A DNA stretch of 63,653 nt, the filler included, from Octopus bimaculoides (lineage: Eukaryota), in assembly GCF_001194135.2 (NCBI RefSeq). It is 7 parts of 7 records of this genome, joined end to end, with 100 filler letters (N's around TTAATTAATTAA, not from the genome) between each part and the next. Parts side by side here need not be neighbours in the genome. Positions count along the whole stretch, not along the records: positions 58,121 to 61,366 come from NC_069001.1; positions 61,467 to 63,653 come from NW_026402363.1; 5 more parts are not named here. One strand, 5' to 3'. Under the pieces are notes generated by a model. That model saw only the letters and a program-made list of their open reading frames with translations, was not told the DNA's origin and did no database searches. The number at the start of each line of letters is the position of its first letter. Position 1 is the first letter of the stretch. The translations under genes and the position numbers were made by a program. Shown piece after piece: positions 60,206-63,653 of the stretch.

Positions 60206-61316
60206 CTATGTATATGTATATATTAATGTTAATTGCAATAGTTCCAGCAAAGCAATATTGCATGCTAGTCTTCTGTTTAGCTGATGTGATGTAATAAAAC
60301 AGAAACATTTCAAAGTTATCTCCCTTCTCTAATCTATCAAAAACTAATGTTTGCCAACTCCTGATGCATTTCACCTCCAAAGCTAAGTTCAAGTCAGACA
60401 AAATTAGAATCTCACACATTTAATAATCTTTTGTCTTTCAATTTTAATTGTGTGGTGTCTTTTTTTTTTTTTTGCTTTTATTAGTGTGTGTAGNNNNNNN
60501 NNNNNNNNNNNNNNNNNTTTTTTTTTTTTTTGCTTTTATTAGTGTGTGTAGCTGTGTACGAGTGTGTATGTGTGTGTGTGGGGGGGGGTGTAGGTGTGTG
60601 TGTGGTTGTGTGTTGGGGTAGAGAATGCTTCTAGAATTTTCTTTGTTTCTGAGATTTCTTTTGTATTCTATGTCGCTTTTTACAGTGATTTCTCCCCCTC
60701 TCACAAGAGAGGCCATGCCTACTGCTGTCCTCCTCCTCCTCCTCCTCCTCCTGCATATAACCATCATCATCATCACAATCATCTTCATCCTCCACCTTTA
60801 GTTCTCTTCCTCTCTGCTCACCATCATTATCACCAGCACCACCACTAACATCATTGTCATCACCTGTAGCAGCACCAATACCACCACCACCACCACCACC
60901 ACCATCTCCACCACCAATACCTCCACTACCACCACTATCACTACCAATACCAATACCACCACCATCACCACCACCACCACCACCACCATCACCACCACCA
61001 TCATCACCTTCCCAGTATTATTCACTGAAGAATCTTAAGCTGTTATGTTCTAAGTGGTTTTTCTGTTGTCACATGTTAATACTTCCAATGCGTGTGTTAT
61101 GTATTTGCGTACTTGTGTGTGTGTTATGTATATATGTATGCCTATATTTGCGTGTGTATATATATATCTATACGTGTGTGTATTTGTGTATATGTGCCAC
61201 AAATAAAATGTGTATATGTATGTTTGTGTGTGTATATATGCCTAGATGTATATGTATATGTACATGTGTATTTCACTCTGCATCTGTGCATATTTACATG
61301 TTCACACACACACACA

Positions 61317-61366
<50 letters not shown>

Positions 61367-61466
61367 NNNNNNNNNNNNNNNNNNNNNNNNNNNNNNNNNN
61401 NNNNNNNNNNTTAATTAATTAANNNNNNNNNNNNNNNNNNNNNNNNNNNNNNNNNNNNNNNNNNNN
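61367..61466. other. Artificial contig-joining spacer
   Basis: N44-TTAATTAATTAA-N44. Confidence 0.95.
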
Positions 61467-62078
61467 TAGTTGAACAAATCAATCCCAGTATATCTTTTGT
61501 CTTTTACTTGTTTCAGACTGGAGACTGGTGCAGCCTCTCAGCTTACCAGCCTTGGTGAAATCGTCCAACCCATGCCCTTATGGACAACAGATGCTAAATG
61601 ATGATGATGATGATGATTATGAATTTTACGAATGTCTTTTGGGTGTTACTTTGTTTTCTGAGTTAAGTTGCATCATGGAACCAATTGCCAACATAAATTA
61701 AGGCATGCCTATAATTAGTCTGTCACAAGAGAATTTACCGAAATAATTTTTTTTTGTTGTCTTGAAGTAGTTTTCCATCTTATTTTCTTTTTTATGGTAA
61801 TATAAATCTATAATAACAAATGTGTAATTCTGTCTGTCTGTCCATCTGGGACTCTGGTATCTCAATCTACATTTGCAATACATAGACATATTATTCCTAT
61901 TTGGAATCAGGATGATCCTGGCATTGAAAGTCTGCCCTTCATTTGGTTCTTGAACATCCAGTCTTGGGATCAGGTCTGGATGAGGATTTGTTATAAGCTA
62001 ATAGCTGAAAATTCAAATTTTCAAAGAACTCTAAATATTTTTGAACTTAAAAAATTTTCATTTAACCTGAATTTAAAG

Positions 62079-62985
62079 TAATGCCATATTGGTAGGGTAA
62101 TGCCATATTGGTAGAGTAATACTATATTGGCAGGGTAATGCCATATTGGTAGGGCAATGCCATATTGGTAGGGTAATACCATATTGGTAGGGTAATACCA
62201 TATTGGTAGGGCAATGCCATATTGGTAGGGTAATACCATATTGGTAGAGCAATGCCATATTGGTAGAATAATGCCATAATTGTGGGGTAATACCATATTG
62301 GTAGGGCAATACCATATTGGTAGGGCAATACCATATTGGTCGGGTAATGCCATATTGGTAGGGCAATGCCATATTGGTAGGGTAATACCATATTGGTAGG
62401 GTAATACCATATTGGTAGAGCAATGCCATATTGGTAGAATAATGCCATAATTGTGGGGTAATACCATATTGGTAGGGCNNNNNNNNNNNNNNNNNNNNNN
62501 NNNNNNNNNNNNCAGGGTAATGCCATATTGGTAGGGCAATGCCATATTGGTAGGGTAATACCATATTGGTAGGGTAATACCATATTGGTAGGGCAATGCC
62601 ATATTGGTAGGGTAATACCATATTGGTAGAGCAATGCCATATTGGTAGAATAATGCCATAATTGTGGGGTAATACCATATTGGTAGGGCAATGCCATATT
62701 GGTAGGGCAATACCATATTGGTAGGGCAATGCCATATTGGTAGGGAAATGACATTTTGGTAGAGTAAAGCCATATTGGTAGGGCAATGCCATTTTGGTAG
62801 AGTAAAGCCATATTGGTAGGGCAATGCCATTTTGGTAGAGTAATACCATATTGGGAGGGAAATACCATATTGGTAGGGCAATGCCATATTGGTAGGGTAA
62901 TGCCTCATTGGTAGGGCAATGCCATATTGGTAGGACAATGCCATATTGGTAGTGTAATGCCCTACCAATATGCCATATTGGTAGG
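62079..62985. repeat. 19-bp minisatellite (T/C)AAT(G/A)CCATATTGGTAGGG with higher-order structure
   Basis: About 45 units. A variant cassette recurs 171 bp apart, and the array ends in an inverted unit. Confidence 0.95.
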
Positions 62986-63404
62986 TTACCAATAAATGCT
63001 TTATTATTATTGCTCTCTTTAGTTTTGGGCCACAAGCCCAATGAGTCCTCTGTAGGAGCTAGCTTAAAGTCCACCCAGAGTCAGACTTATAAGCTACTAA
63101 ATTAATATAAATCACGTAATCATTGCTGTCATGGCTGTCGCCATCATTCCTCTGGTTGCTGTCAGCACAGTTGTCATTGTCATCGCTGTCATCACAATCA
63201 TTTCTCATCGTTGCTGTTATCATCGTTCTCTATGTGGGTACTGAATCTGCTAAAAATAGCACCAGATGTTCCAATATATAACACTCTTTTGTCCTAAATA
63301 CTGGAAGGATACATCAGGAAAAAAAAGTAGTCATATAAAGAAGGATTAGTCATGGTTGAAATGCATCAATTAGTCAACAAGTTGATGGTTGTTTGTTTTG
63401 TTCT

Positions 63405-63621
63405 TTTACTTATTTCAGTTATTTGACTGCAGCCATGCTGGAGCACCATCTTAAAGGGTTATAGTCGAAGAATTTGACCCCAGGACTTATTCTTTGTAAG
63501 CCTAGTACTTATTCTATCGGTATCCTTCGACAAACCACTAAGTTACGGGGATGTAAACACACCAACATCGGTTGTGAAGCGATGGCAGAAGACAAACTCA
63601 GATACACACACATAAATATAT

Positions 63622-63653
<32 letters not shown>
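63405..63653 (-). mobile_element. SINE family B 3' part, cut by the window end
   Basis: ttttacttatttcagttatttgactgcagccatgctggagcacc...aagcctagtacttattctatcgg. Confidence 0.85.

Noticed and set aside
61880-62010. Minus-strand frame ITNPHPDLIPRLDVQEPNEGQTFNARIILIPNR after a possible acceptor
   Set aside because: It looks protein-like, but I recognise no family and see no good donor site. It needs BLASTx or RNA-seq.
62079-62985. CRISPR-like or CArG-box array
   Set aside because: There are no unique spacers, so it is not CRISPR. CCATATTGG has five A/T bases, not the six of a CArG box.
62021-63074. Three overlapping minus-strand ORFs of 248-333 aa (LPYQYGIALPIWHYPTNM repeats)
   Set aside because: A 19-bp unit cycles through all three frames, giving the same peptide in each; this is a repeat artefact.

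Overview
AT-rich, microsatellite-dense animal genomic DNA. The SINE/RTE repertoire and the style of the C2H2 gene point to a coleoid cephalopod, probably Octopus; this is inference. The window is not one continuous locus: six identical 100-nt spacers (N44-TTAATTAATTAA-N44) join seven pieces (1-29378, 29479-42003, 42104-52718, 52819-55864, 55965-58020, 58121-61366, 61467-63653). The only well-supported intact host gene is a single-coding-exon tandem C2H2 zinc-finger ORF (30946-31878). The rest is mostly transposon debris: RTE, CR1-like, HERO-like and Penelope-like retroelement fragments, a Helitron Rep/helicase remnant, a Tigger/pogo remnant, hAT, mariner/Tc1 and piggyBac-type MITEs, four tRNA-derived SINE families (labelled A-D here), and several satellites, including a >=7.5-kb (GAAC/GTAG/GAAG/GAAA) array. 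The very long ORFs in the ORF track come from repeats or N runs. I found no convincing new multi-gene system. The best leads are a 52-nt 3' tail shared between the CR1-like LINE and SINE family B, a degenerate minimal hammerhead ribozyme, a 163-bp solo-LTR-like insert with a 5-bp TSD inside the Tigger gene, a 545-bp hAT derivative with a stop-free dimerization-domain ORF, and the large CpG-rich satellite beside the ZNF gene. All family assignments come from recognising motifs by eye, not from database searches.
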